Shown here: piece after piece, positions 7,050 to 15,073 of the stretch | Layout of the letters: every line of letters starts with the position of its first letter | How positions within the stretch are numbered: the stretch's first letter is position 1 | The notes under the pieces: generated by a model | Database searches by the model: none | Seen by the model: the letters and a program-made list of their open reading frames with translations, nothing else | Told to the model about the DNA's origin: nothing | Source: an uncultured virus (IMG/VR IMGVR_UViG_3300028394_000069) | Lineage: Duplodnaviria; Heunggongvirae; Uroviricota; Caudoviricetes | Strand: one strand, 5' to 3' | IMG/VR virus record: IMGVR_UViG_3300028394_000069 | Length of the DNA: 20,000 nucleotides | Program-made: the position numbers and the translations under genes

Positions 7050-8165
7050 TTAGATAGTTTTCTTCCAGACGCTACTCTCACCGCGCCCAATTTTAACAAG
7101 TTTATTTGCATCAACAAGCTCCTTGAGAGTAAGGTAGGCTTGAGAAGGAGTAAGCTTAAATTTTTCAATAATCAGATTTTTAGTAATAAGAGGAGGATCA
7201 AGCTCAAGAATTTCTTTCTCAATATCTTGCTTACGAGTCTTTTTAGATTTACCCATATCACCTTCACGTTTACCGGTGAATTGAAATCCGTTATAACCAA
7301 GAGTTGCAGAATAATCGTTCGTAGGACCGAACCGATTCTTATAGACTGAGAAGATTCGACCACTACTATCTCCCTCTGTATCAGGCATAATTTGAATATT
7401 GACATCGACTGAGTGAGGTACCAGCGAGGATCCTTTCAGCTTACCGTCTTTAGTAAGGTGCATGATAAAGAATACAGCACACTCGTTCTCTTTTGCAGCT
7501 TTAATCAAAGCGCTTACAGCATAACGCTCAAGCTCAGCTTGATTGAGCTTATTCTTAGTAGTCAATGCTTGAAAGGAATCGATGACCAATACATCAAAAA
7601 TTTTAGTCGCCTCAACCAACTCATCAATATCTTGAATATTAGCGATTTGAATATTTTTCACGTTCAAACGGTTGCATGTAAAGGCGATCTGATATTGATT
7701 CTCTTCGCCAGAAGCATATCCAGTATTGTAACCGTTATTTGAGAGAGCTTCCATCAACTGCAAGAGGTAGGAAGTGTTATGATGAATAACACCATTCGGT
7801 GTTATATAGACATGAGGTGCATCAATTGATATATCATAAACTTCCGCATTTGTATTAACAGTTTGAATTGAAGAAATTTTAGATGAACCATAAATCGTAT
7901 CAACTGTTTGACAGTCTTTTACAAATTTACACTCACCTTCTTCAAAGACTAAATGCCGAGATGAAACATTAAATTCATCTCCGTTTTCAAGCTTAACATT
8001 TACAATCTCATGTTCCGTTTTTTTAATATATCCTCTAATAGGTACTACTTCCTTTGTTGGTGTTAAGACATAAAGTTGAGTATCTGTAAACTCGATATTA
8101 TTAATATCATCACCAATGTTAAGGAATTCGAATAGATCTTTAAATGTTACCGTTAATGATTTCAT
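7050..8165 (-). CDS. radA: RadA/Sms-like ATPase, C-terminal fragment (IntC 130 aa plus C-extein)
   Basis: After ...VIHHN come TSYLLQ, YASGEE, VLVIDSFQ (Walker B), HLTKDG..G...HSVD and the RadA signature KNRFG; C-terminus is winged-helix-like. Confidence 0.88.
   Translation of the reverse strand: MKSLTVTFKDLFEFLNIGDDINNIEFTDTQLYVLTPTKEVVPIRGYIKKTEHEIVNVKLENGDEFNVSSRHLVFEEGECKFVKDCQTVDTIYGSSKISSIQTVNTNAEVYDISIDAPHVYITPNGVIHHNTSYLLQLMEALSNNGYNTGYASGEENQYQIAFTCNRLNVKNIQIANIQDIDELVEATKIFDVLVIDSFQALTTKNKLNQAELERYAVSALIKAAKENECAVFFIMHLTKDGKLKGSSLVPHSVDVNIQIMPDTEGDSSGRIFSVYKNRFGPTNDYSATLGYNGFQFTGKREGDMGKSKKTRKQDIEKEILELDPPLITKNLIIEKFKLTPSQAYLTLKELVDANKLVKIGRGESSVWKKTI
7776..8165 (-). mobile_element. 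Split intein C-fragment (RadA)
   Basis: Block B-like FNVSSRHLV, block F VYDISIDAPHVYITPNG and block G IHHN|T. Confidence 0.9.
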
Positions 8166-9159
8166 ATAGTTTATTTTGTATTGCTTTATTATTATATCGG
8201 AGTTCGTTATATCGGAGTTCGTTATAGTTTTTTTCCCAAAAAGTTACAACTTTGTAACCTAATAATTCAGCTATAATTTTTTTTTCTTTATCATGTTTCC
8301 ATATTTCTTTTGCTGTTTTTTTTGTTATAGGGTTAATCCAATTTTCAGAGTATAATTCTGGATTAGCGTGCCATATATCACCATTAAATTCTAATATAAT
8401 TTTAGCTGCATGATTAATAAAATCATATATAAAAAATTTGTTACCTGTATTTATATACCACTGAGATTGCCAATTATCTGACAGTAAATTCCGTATATTT
8501 TTTTCTGGTTTAGAAATTGAAGCATTTAATCGAGATGCAATAATATCGCAAGCTTTTGTATATCCATACTGTTCTATTAACTGATGTCTGTTTCTTCCCT
8601 TACGAGGATTAATAGAAGGGTCACATTCTATAGCTAGCTGCATAGATGTTTGCCATTGATTATTTCTCTTATTTATTATAGCATCAACTTCACTATATGA
8701 GAAGCCTTTATTAAGGTAAAAATTGCGACCTCTAGCCTGTTGTTTTGCTGTATATAAGTTATTATCTTGTTTTGTTTTTACTGATTTTTTTACACGCTGT
8801 AACTTATTTGTATTTGAACGAGTAGTTTGGTGTTCTTTTATTATAAAATCTGATTCTTGCTTAGTATAGCCACGTAAAATATAATAATTTGACTGTAGGA
8901 TTCCTGTTGCCTTCAGGTTATTGACAGTTTTCCATTTATTAAATTGAATCTCTAAATCCCATGCAGACATAGACTCTTTTGTTAAACAGCTATCGAAAAA
9001 ACTCTTAACATGATTATAGTTTTTAAATGGTAAAAAGTTTAACCCCCTTTTTAAAGATATATCAATTAAAAAATCTTCTATATCTTTATAAGATATGCAA
9101 TGTTTTATGACTGTTACATAGGCCTTTTTATTTTTTCGTATACGTTGAGTTATATTCAT
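8140..9159 (-). CDS. Vsr-like PD-(D/E)XK (EDxHD-type) free-standing homing endonuclease between the radA halves
   Basis: YDF..IILEFNGDIWHANP..IWKHDKEK..GYKVVTFWE; N-terminal repeats YYILRGYT and FYLNKGFS. Confidence 0.82.
   Translation of the reverse strand: MNITQRIRKNKKAYVTVIKHCISYKDIEDFLIDISLKRGLNFLPFKNYNHVKSFFDSCLTKESMSAWDLEIQFNKWKTVNNLKATGILQSNYYILRGYTKQESDFIIKEHQTTRSNTNKLQRVKKSVKTKQDNNLYTAKQQARGRNFYLNKGFSYSEVDAIINKRNNQWQTSMQLAIECDPSINPRKGRNRHQLIEQYGYTKACDIIASRLNASISKPEKNIRNLLSDNWQSQWYINTGNKFFIYDFINHAAKIILEFNGDIWHANPELYSENWINPITKKTAKEIWKHDKEKKIIAELLGYKVVTFWEKNYNELRYNELRYNNKAIQNKLYEIINGNI
8191..8226 (-). repeat. 15-bp tandem repeat (2.3 copies) containing an embedded GAACT-N4-TATAAT promoter
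   Basis: ttatatcggagttcg at 8192-8206 and 8207-8221; the minus strand reads CGAACTCCGATATAAC and then CGAACTCCGATATAAT; encodes YNELRYNELRYNN. Confidence 0.9.
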
Positions 9160-9164
9160 ATAAC

Positions 9165-9172
9165 TATTTATG
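9165..9172 (-). promoter_or_regulatory. T4-like late promoter of the Vsr-like endonuclease
   Basis: CATAAATA-GTTAT-ATG. Confidence 0.6.
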
Positions 9173-9182
9173 CCTGCGTGAG

Positions 9183-9446
9183 CTATTTGCCCGCTTTAGC
9201 GGCCAACCACGTTTGGAATTTATTAATAATATCGTCCGATCCAAAAATTTCAATAATCTCATTAGGACCGTGACACTTACCGCATCCAGCTTGAGCCGTA
9301 AGGGTGGTAGCACTTCCAGGAAGAATACCTTCGCCGTACATTTCATCCATCTCTGCGATTCCCGTCTTGATACGATTGTAAAAGATACTAGGAATAGTAA
9401 CATCAGAAACTTTTGTAAAGTTAGAAGAATGATTTAAGAGATTCAT
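9183..9446 (-). CDS. radA: RadA/Sms-like ATPase, N-terminal fragment (57-aa extein plus 30-aa IntN)
   Basis: RIKTGIAEMDEMYGEGILPGSATTLTAQAGCGK resembles RadA R..TG..ELD.VLGGG..PGS..L..G.PG.GK, followed by intein Cys1. Confidence 0.88.
   Translation of the reverse strand: MNLLNHSSNFTKVSDVTIPSIFYNRIKTGIAEMDEMYGEGILPGSATTLTAQAGCGKCHGPNEIIEIFGSDDIINKFQTWLAAKAGK
9186..9275 (-). mobile_element. Split intein N-fragment (RadA), 30 aa
   Basis: CHGPNEIIEIFGSDDIINKFQTWLAAKAGK: block A-like, starting at Cys directly after the P-loop Lys. Confidence 0.82.
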
Positions 9447-9475
9447 TTTGATATATTGGGTTAATTACTTTCTTA

Positions 9476-9491
9476 ATTATATCGGAGTTCA
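9476..9491 (-). promoter_or_regulatory. YGAACT-N4-TATAAT promoter of radA-N
   Basis: TGAACTCCGATATAAT. Confidence 0.78.
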
Positions 9492-10202
9492 TTACGATAG
9501 AGATTCTTTTTGATGCTCTTTCAATTCCAACTCTGCAAGAATTCTGCCTCGACACCAACGATCATCGCCGTATCCATTATAGTAGAACGCAATACTCTCA
9601 TGAAAATGTCCTGTATAAATATGAGAAGCTTTACACTGTCTAAGCAGACTGTCAATATTATTTTTTTCTTCTACACAATCTGTATATAAATTAACGTCTT
9701 GTTTAGGAATATATTGAGGTGGTAGTGGAGACGGAAACAGCCACAAAGGAGCGCTATGCGTAACAAGTACATCACATTCTTGAATTAATTCTGGCTTTAA
9801 TACAAAAGCTTCATCAGGCCACCAACCTCCTCCTTCAGTCTGTCGACTATACCGATCGATAGAGTGAGCACCGCCTGCAAATAAAAATCGTTCATCGTTA
9901 ATAACTTTTAACGTATAATCAGGAATTAATTCAAAGTTTGATAGTTTAAAGTTGTCGTTAAAAGGTTTAGGATCGTCGTGGTTACCTCGAATAGACAAGA
10001 AGGATATATTTCGTTTTTTAAAAAAACTATTTAACCATTTAATATTTTTACTTTCTTGCTCCGGAATGTCAAATCCAATGCCTAAATCACCGACGCAAAT
10101 GAGATAACAATCGCGTAAATTAGCATTAATAATTTTTGATGTGAGATATGTAAATCTACCATGTACGTCTCCAAGTAAGCAAATTAAATTTTTAGATTTC
10201 AT
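9492..10202 (-). CDS. Calcineurin-like metallophosphoesterase
   Basis: GDVHG, GDLG, GNHD, THSAP and GHFH motifs. Confidence 0.9.
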   Translation of the reverse strand: MKSKNLICLLGDVHGRFTYLTSKIINANLRDCYLICVGDLGIGFDIPEQESKNIKWLNSFFKKRNISFLSIRGNHDDPKPFNDNFKLSNFELIPDYTLKVINDERFLFAGGAHSIDRYSRQTEGGGWWPDEAFVLKPELIQECDVLVTHSAPLWLFPSPLPPQYIPKQDVNLYTDCVEEKNNIDSLLRQCKASHIYTGHFHESIAFYYNGYGDDRWCRGRILAELELKEHQKESLS

Positions 10203-10209
10203 TAATCTA

Positions 10210-10225
10210 ATTATATTGTAGTTCG
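10210..10225 (-). promoter_or_regulatory. YGAACT-N4-TATAAT phage promoter (likely leaderless mRNA)
   Basis: CGAACTACAATATAAT, 7 nt before ATG at 10202. Confidence 0.75.
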
Positions 10226-10786
10226 TTAACTCTTTACAATTTCTTTAGATATAGTTGTAGATTTAACCATATATTGCGCTAGGCTAATTATGCCGCGTAT
10301 GAAGTTATCACCTCCATTAAAAGCAATTACTAATTTTTCATCAATATTACTGATTTTTTTTATCTTAAATTCAATGCGCTTAGTATAATCTTCATGAAAA
10401 GAGTAACCATTAAAAAATTTAAAAGCTAATTTATTAAAAAGAGAAAGAAGTTTAAAAGAAATCGTATTAGTAATCCGATGCTTATCAAATATAGGAGCTA
10501 TACATAATTTATTATTATGTCTTATATAATAATTACGCTCAGGGTTAAGAATTTTAAATACACTAGCTCTTAGTTTAGGCCAGTATTTGATATAAAACTT
10601 GTAGCGATATTTTAAATTAGGCTTAACTACCATAATATTTGTCGTATTAAAGTATGTATTAATAGAGCTGCACATATGATCTACAATATTCAGCCACTCT
10701 GTCGGAAAACAGGTATCAGTCTCGTCTGAGTGTGGCGTAAAAATATTAGGATATTTTGTGTGTAAAAAAGAATGATCAGTATTCAT
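10226..10786 (-). CDS. Hypothetical protein
   Basis: 186-aa ORF in a tightly packed operon. Confidence 0.7.
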   Translation of the reverse strand: MNTDHSFLHTKYPNIFTPHSDETDTCFPTEWLNIVDHMCSSINTYFNTTNIMVVKPNLKYRYKFYIKYWPKLRASVFKILNPERNYYIRHNNKLCIAPIFDKHRITNTISFKLLSLFNKLAFKFFNGYSFHEDYTKRIEFKIKKISNIDEKLVIAFNGGDNFIRGIISLAQYMVKSTTISKEIVKS

Positions 10787-10800
10787 AAGATATTAAAAGT

Positions 10801-11037
10801 TTAAGAAGTTAATAGTTTATAAAAAATATAAACTACAGCATATAGGCAAAAGCTCAGTGAAATTGAAACTATACATCCATAAAAGAATGCGAGCTCGTTT
10901 TCAGTTGGTTCTTTTTTTTTATCTTCAGGCGCAGGAATATCCTTTTTGAATATCCTATCATATGCGTCATCATATGTTTTTTTATTAACCTTACGAGGGA
11001 TCGAACCCTTACCACCAGACCATGCACCGTTATTCAT
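10801..11037 (-). CDS. Small membrane-anchored phage protein
   Basis: GGKGSIPRKVNKKTYDDAYDRIF N-terminus plus a C-terminal hydrophobic helix. Confidence 0.7.
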   Translation of the reverse strand: MNNGAWSGGKGSIPRKVNKKTYDDAYDRIFKKDIPAPEDKKKEPTENELAFFYGCIVSISLSFCLYAVVYIFYKLLTS

Positions 11038-11040
11038 ATA

Positions 11041-11286
11041 TTAAGAGCAGGAGTTTCTAGAGAAGTTTTTTACCGCAGAGCGAGCGCCATTAGGAGTAAA
11101 GTATTTTTTATTATCATTCCAGCTTGTACTAGAATGAACTTCAATAACAGGTGTGCACTTATCAAGATATACCATACGGCCGCGCACACGATCAGTACTA
11201 GGTACCCGATTAGCACAAGACTTACAAATAGTAAGCCCAAGACTGACTCGACCGAATTCAACAATTTTTCCACATTCACAGTTCAT
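11041..11286 (-). CDS. C4 zinc-finger protein (DksA/TraR-finger-like)
   Basis: CECGKIVEFGRVSLGLTICKSCA. Confidence 0.65.
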   Translation of the reverse strand: MNCECGKIVEFGRVSLGLTICKSCANRVPSTDRVRGRMVYLDKCTPVIEVHSSTSWNDNKKYFTPNGARSAVKNFSRNSCS

Positions 11287-11292
11287 TTATAT

Positions 11293-11308
11293 ATTATATT
11301 ATAGTTCG
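11293..11308 (-). promoter_or_regulatory. YGAACT-N4-TATAAT phage promoter (likely leaderless mRNA)
   Basis: CGAACTATAATATAAT, 6 nt before ATG at 11286. Confidence 0.75.
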
Positions 11309-11309
11309 T

Positions 11310-11501
11310 TTACAGAGCTTGTTGTTCTTTTTTAATACGTCTTTTAATTGCAATTAATCTTTTGATTGCAAGTTGAGTTTCTAATTTTTGCGTTATAATT
11401 TTTAATTGTATTTTTTGTTTACGTCTAACTTTTTGCTGTGCTTTAGCTTTAAAACAGCAAAAAATAATAATTATTTTATATATTATGTTATGGATATACA
11501 C
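11310..11501 (-). CDS. Small basic hypothetical protein
   Basis: 63 aa with hydrophobic N-terminus and K/R-rich tail; fills the gap between neighbours. Confidence 0.45.
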   Translation of the reverse strand: MYIHNIIYKIIIIFCCFKAKAQQKVRRKQKIQLKIITQKLETQLAIKRLIAIKRRIKKEQQAL

Positions 11502-11520
11502 CGAGATTTAAATGGTATTT

Positions 11521-11841
11521 TTATTTTTTTTCAATAAACTTAGTCGGATTTTTTTCAAACCGCTTACCTAATTTAACTATTCCATTTATAAGCTCTGGTG
11601 AAACTACACCAATTATACCGTATGTAATTGCTTTAGTTAAACTACCGATATCTGTCTGCTCTAATACAAACCACGATATACCTGAAGCAAGAGCAGCAGT
11701 AAATATTCTTTTTACTTGCTCTACAACAGGTATAGGGTTAGGTGCTGATAATAAACGAGCTAACATTGCTAATGCACCTACTACCGGTACTATCCAACCG
11801 CCGCTTATAAACTCTTTAACTAACGATTTTTCAGTATCCAT
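11521..11841 (-). CDS. Small multi-TM membrane protein, putative holin
   Basis: About 3 hydrophobic segments, basic C-terminal tail, CATAAATA late-type motif upstream (11849-11856). Confidence 0.55.
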   Translation of the reverse strand: MDTEKSLVKEFISGGWIVPVVGALAMLARLLSAPNPIPVVEQVKRIFTAALASGISWFVLEQTDIGSLTKAITYGIIGVVSPELINGIVKLGKRFEKNPTKFIEKK

Positions 11842-11882
11842 GTCATATTATTTATGGATATTTGATGATAATCTTAGTTTTA

Positions 11883-12059
11883 TCAATAGCCTTTTTGCAT
11901 AGACCAAGTCATAATTTCGTAATGAAACTCTTTCTCAGTTAAATTTGTTTCAACTGAGATGTAAGAAACAGGGTCGATGTCTCCTGATACATATATGTTA
12001 ATTCTATTACTATTTTTTTCATATTCAAAACGTTTGTCACCAATTTTTTCTTCAAACAT
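11883..12059 (-). CDS. Hypothetical protein, 58 aa (not in ORF track)
   Basis: MFEEKIGDKRFEYEKNSNRINIYVSGDIDPVSYISVETNLTEKEFHYEIMTWSMQKGY*. Confidence 0.65.
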   Translation of the reverse strand: MFEEKIGDKRFEYEKNSNRINIYVSGDIDPVSYISVETNLTEKEFHYEIMTWSMQKGY

Positions 12060-12070
12060 ATGTCTTTTTT

Positions 12071-12325
12071 TTATTCGGGTAATATTGTTTTTAACTCTTT
12101 AACTAATATTTGACTCATTGTATTTGCATAGTCTACTTTAAGTTCTTCACTAAATAAAAACTGCTTATCTACAATTTCTGTTATTATGCCATTATCGTCT
12201 TTTTTATTTATAATAGGGTAAACAAAAATATCGTGTATATTTAAAATATTTTCTGTAAAAGAGTGAATAATATCTACAAGACACTTATTACCTTGCTCTG
12301 TAGTTAAGTATCTTATAATATTCAT
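12071..12325 (-). CDS. Hypothetical protein
   Basis: 84-aa ORF in operon. Confidence 0.65.
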   Translation of the reverse strand: MNIIRYLTTEQGNKCLVDIIHSFTENILNIHDIFVYPIINKKDDNGIITEIVDKQFLFSEELKVDYANTMSQILVKELKTILPE

Positions 12326-12328
12326 TAA

Positions 12329-13192
12329 TTAGTTATTATTTAAGATAAACAATGCACGGTTAGATAGATTGTTTGATGTAAGGTTTCGCAAAAGTTTAGC
12401 AGCAGTAAATTTCTGCTTAGATTCAAACTCTGTGAACGCATTTAGAGCATCCCAGCGAGACTTACCTTCATTACCAGTACCATTAGTAAAGAGATTAACA
12501 ATAGTTTCGCGCTTTTTAATTAGCTGAGGCGTTTCATTCTTCTCTGACGGAATTAGCTGCTGGGTTAATTGCAGCATTTTATCAGTATCGAAAGAAGCAT
12601 TTCGAAGACGTTCAGCAGTACTAGCAAAATTAGCCAACATATTCATATTATTAGCGATATTATTAGCAAAAGCATGAACCTTCTGATCAAAGGTAAAAGA
12701 ATGCCTAATATTTTGACCGTTTGTATTTCGTCGTGATTTACTATCATTATTATTACGCCTAGCCTCAGCATAAAGCAAATTCATCTGATTATCACACACT
12801 AAGCGCAATGAAGAAGGAATCGTTTTATTAGCAGATTTACCAGTATTATCAATAATGGTATAAAAATGACCTATCATTTTATCATTAGAAAGACCTTCTA
12901 CTTCAGGCATAATAGAGCGAATCATTACACGTTGACCATCTTTAAGAAGAGTATATCCATCGTGAGTAATACCACCGATAGTATCGCAGGCAGTCTTAAC
13001 TACATCGAGCATTTCATCAATTTGAATGGGTCGGTAGTCTGCTTTACAAATTCCAAGATGGCTTCGGGAATCTTCTCGCATAAGAGAAAAGGTTGATGGG
13101 ATACGAGCACCTCTCGAATCAAAGACTTCTTCCTTAACAATGTTAAAGGTTGGAATATCTTCGAGAGCGTTAATACTAGTTAGAATAGGCAT
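12329..13192 (-). CDS. DUF932/DUF945 phage/plasmid protein
   Basis: REDS..HLGICKADYRPIQ, SLRLVCDNQM, IRHS and SRWDALNAFTEF. Confidence 0.82.
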   Translation of the reverse strand: MPILTSINALEDIPTFNIVKEEVFDSRGARIPSTFSLMREDSRSHLGICKADYRPIQIDEMLDVVKTACDTIGGITHDGYTLLKDGQRVMIRSIMPEVEGLSNDKMIGHFYTIIDNTGKSANKTIPSSLRLVCDNQMNLLYAEARRNNNDSKSRRNTNGQNIRHSFTFDQKVHAFANNIANNMNMLANFASTAERLRNASFDTDKMLQLTQQLIPSEKNETPQLIKKRETIVNLFTNGTGNEGKSRWDALNAFTEFESKQKFTAAKLLRNLTSNNLSNRALFILNNN

Positions 13193-13220
13193 TTGATTTA
13201 GTTATTGTTGTTATATCGTA

Positions 13221-13236
13221 ATTATATCGTAGTTCA
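13221..13236 (-). promoter_or_regulatory. YGAACT-N4-TATAAT phage promoter
   Basis: TGAACTACGATATAAT, followed by a partial duplication (TACGATATAAC). Confidence 0.75.
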
Positions 13237-13247
13237 TTTTAAAATAA

Positions 13248-14099
13248 TTACCAATTTTTTATTGCTTCAATAATAGCGTCTTTTTCGTCCTGTAATTTAA
13301 ATTCAGGAAAAAGTAGACTTAATTTGTCTGTAGATAAAACACAGTTAGAGCGCGGCGCGGCTAATGCTAATTTGCTAATATCAGTATAAATCCAATACTT
13401 ATTATTAAGATTATGTTTTGTTAATATTTTAACTATGTCTTCTATGTACAATGCTGCAGGATTAACAAAATTTAAAAGTCCTACATCATTAGTTTTAAGC
13501 TTAGAGCTTTTAATAAAAAAGTTTAAAAACTTTACCAAATCATTAATATATGTTTTAGAATTTTTTAGATTACAAATATTATTAAAGCCTATAATTTTGC
13601 TTAAGAAATTTTTATTACACTTTGTATCACAGTATGGCATTCGAATACGAATATTCATTCCATACTCACTCACTAATTCATACGCATGCTTACTCTTACT
13701 ATAAAAAGAACTAGTATCAAACATACCAAAGTTTGGTACATCTTCTTCAGTAAAGTCTTTACTGTATCCTGTATAAATACAACCGGTAGATATATTAATG
13801 AATTCAATATTATGCAGGGAACATATTTTGCTAATATTGTATGGTACCGTTACATTATATTTCCAGCATTCTGCTTTATTTGCTTCAGCTTGATCTATAT
13901 TAGGGATACCGGTATATCCAGAGCAATTTATAATATAATCATATGTATCAGCTAATGATAAGAATGTTGTGAGTGTGTCATTATTAGTGTAGTCTATATC
14001 TTGCTTGCTAATAATTTGAACATGAAAATTATTTTGAGATAAACTATTAAACAATATATTGCCGATATATCCCTTACCGATTATTAGTATTTTTTTCAT
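13248..14099 (-). CDS. RmlD-like NAD(P)-dependent nucleotide-sugar epimerase/reductase
   Basis: GKGYIG Rossmann motif, INCSGYTG.PNID.AE, ISTGCIY, YSKSK (YxxxK) and PRSNCVLS. Confidence 0.85.
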   Translation of the reverse strand: MKKILIIGKGYIGNILFNSLSQNNFHVQIISKQDIDYTNNDTLTTFLSLADTYDYIINCSGYTGIPNIDQAEANKAECWKYNVTVPYNISKICSLHNIEFINISTGCIYTGYSKDFTEEDVPNFGMFDTSSFYSKSKHAYELVSEYGMNIRIRMPYCDTKCNKNFLSKIIGFNNICNLKNSKTYINDLVKFLNFFIKSSKLKTNDVGLLNFVNPAALYIEDIVKILTKHNLNNKYWIYTDISKLALAAPRSNCVLSTDKLSLLFPEFKLQDEKDAIIEAIKNW

Positions 14100-14314
14100 T
14101 AATAATTATTATTAATATATTCTACTATATCGTTGTAATTACAATCTTCATTCTCACTAATTGCTTCTTCAATAATTTTTTTAAATTGTTCAGATAAAAG
14201 ACATAGTTCATCATCTTCTAGATCTAATTCAAGTAGTGTTGAAATATTATCTAGATTTTCGAAGATATTATCTACATACTGACTTAGCTTTTTAAGTATA
14301 GCAGTTTTTTTCAT
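14099..14314 (-). CDS. Small acidic hypothetical protein
   Basis: 71 aa; TAATG overlap with the next gene. Confidence 0.65.
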   Translation of the reverse strand: MKKTAILKKLSQYVDNIFENLDNISTLLELDLEDDELCLLSEQFKKIIEEAISENEDCNYNDIVEYINNNY

Positions 14315-14348
14315 ATTATATAAATATATAATACAAAAAAGAAACTTT

Positions 14349-15032
14349 TTATATATTTTTATAGTGTTTAAGTAAATTAATTATATCACTCTTTAAATAG
14401 TTACAGTGTATAGGAATGAATTTATACTTGTCTAAATAAAATATAACAATCTTACGACATTGTTTCCCTGAGTATTTTTCATACATAAATGCATAAAGTG
14501 ATAGTTGTAGAGCGTAACTATTAAATTCGCAATAATTAAGATGACTTAAAGGTTCATTAAAATATTCATTATACTTGCTTGAAAAATTAAACTTTTTATT
14601 AGTTTTAAAATCTCCAATTGTAAAATATTTATCATGTTCATAAATTAAGTCAGCTGTACCTGCAACTTTATATTCATCGTTGTATAATAATTTTTCACTA
14701 AGAACTTCTTTATATTCATCAATATTATTATAAACAACATCGTCATAACTCTTGCATATGTCGCTATGTTTATTACAAGTAGTTTCAACTTTTGTAATGT
14801 AATCTTCTAAAGCTTTATGAATTTCGGTTCCTTTATCTGTAGCAGTTTTAGTAATATCTTCCCATAATTGTAACACAAACTCTTTTGTTACACCTTCTCT
14901 TTGAGCTACTCTTGTTGCGTGTTTTTCTGTATCAAATTTATTTTTATATTTTGATAATAAAGTTGTTACAGAGATATAGTTTTCACCCTCTGCGTTAGTG
15001 TAAGAGTGTTGCTCTTCATTAAAGAATACCAT
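14349..15032 (-). CDS. PD-(D/E)XK (RecB/Cas4-like) exonuclease
   Basis: SVTT, GTEIH, E..L, AGTADL, DFKT and YALQLSLY motifs. Confidence 0.85.
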   Translation of the reverse strand: MVFFNEEQHSYTNAEGENYISVTTLLSKYKNKFDTEKHATRVAQREGVTKEFVLQLWEDITKTATDKGTEIHKALEDYITKVETTCNKHSDICKSYDDVVYNNIDEYKEVLSEKLLYNDEYKVAGTADLIYEHDKYFTIGDFKTNKKFNFSSKYNEYFNEPLSHLNYCEFNSYALQLSLYAFMYEKYSGKQCRKIVIFYLDKYKFIPIHCNYLKSDIINLLKHYKNI

Positions 15033-15038
15033 ATAATG

Positions 15039-15054
15039 ATTATATGGGAGTTCA
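15039..15054 (-). promoter_or_regulatory. YGAACT-N4-TATAAT phage promoter (likely leaderless mRNA)
   Basis: TGAACTCCCATATAAT, 6 nt before ATG at 15032. Confidence 0.75.
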
Positions 15055-15073
15055 TTATTATATCAAGCTAATA

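Noticed and set aside
9164..9437. ORFs 9164..9403(-) and 9213..9437(+)
   Set aside because: Alternative-frame or antisense shadows of radA-N with no recognisable motifs.
7050..9446. radA and terL as pseudogenes broken by insertion
   Set aside because: Intein catalytic residues and all extein motifs are intact, and the exteins join exactly to rebuild Walker A and the Walker B region.
14349..15032. Cas4/CRISPR system
   Set aside because: No repeat-spacer array in the window and no clear Cas4 Fe-S cysteine cluster; solo PD-(D/E)XK nucleases are common in phages.
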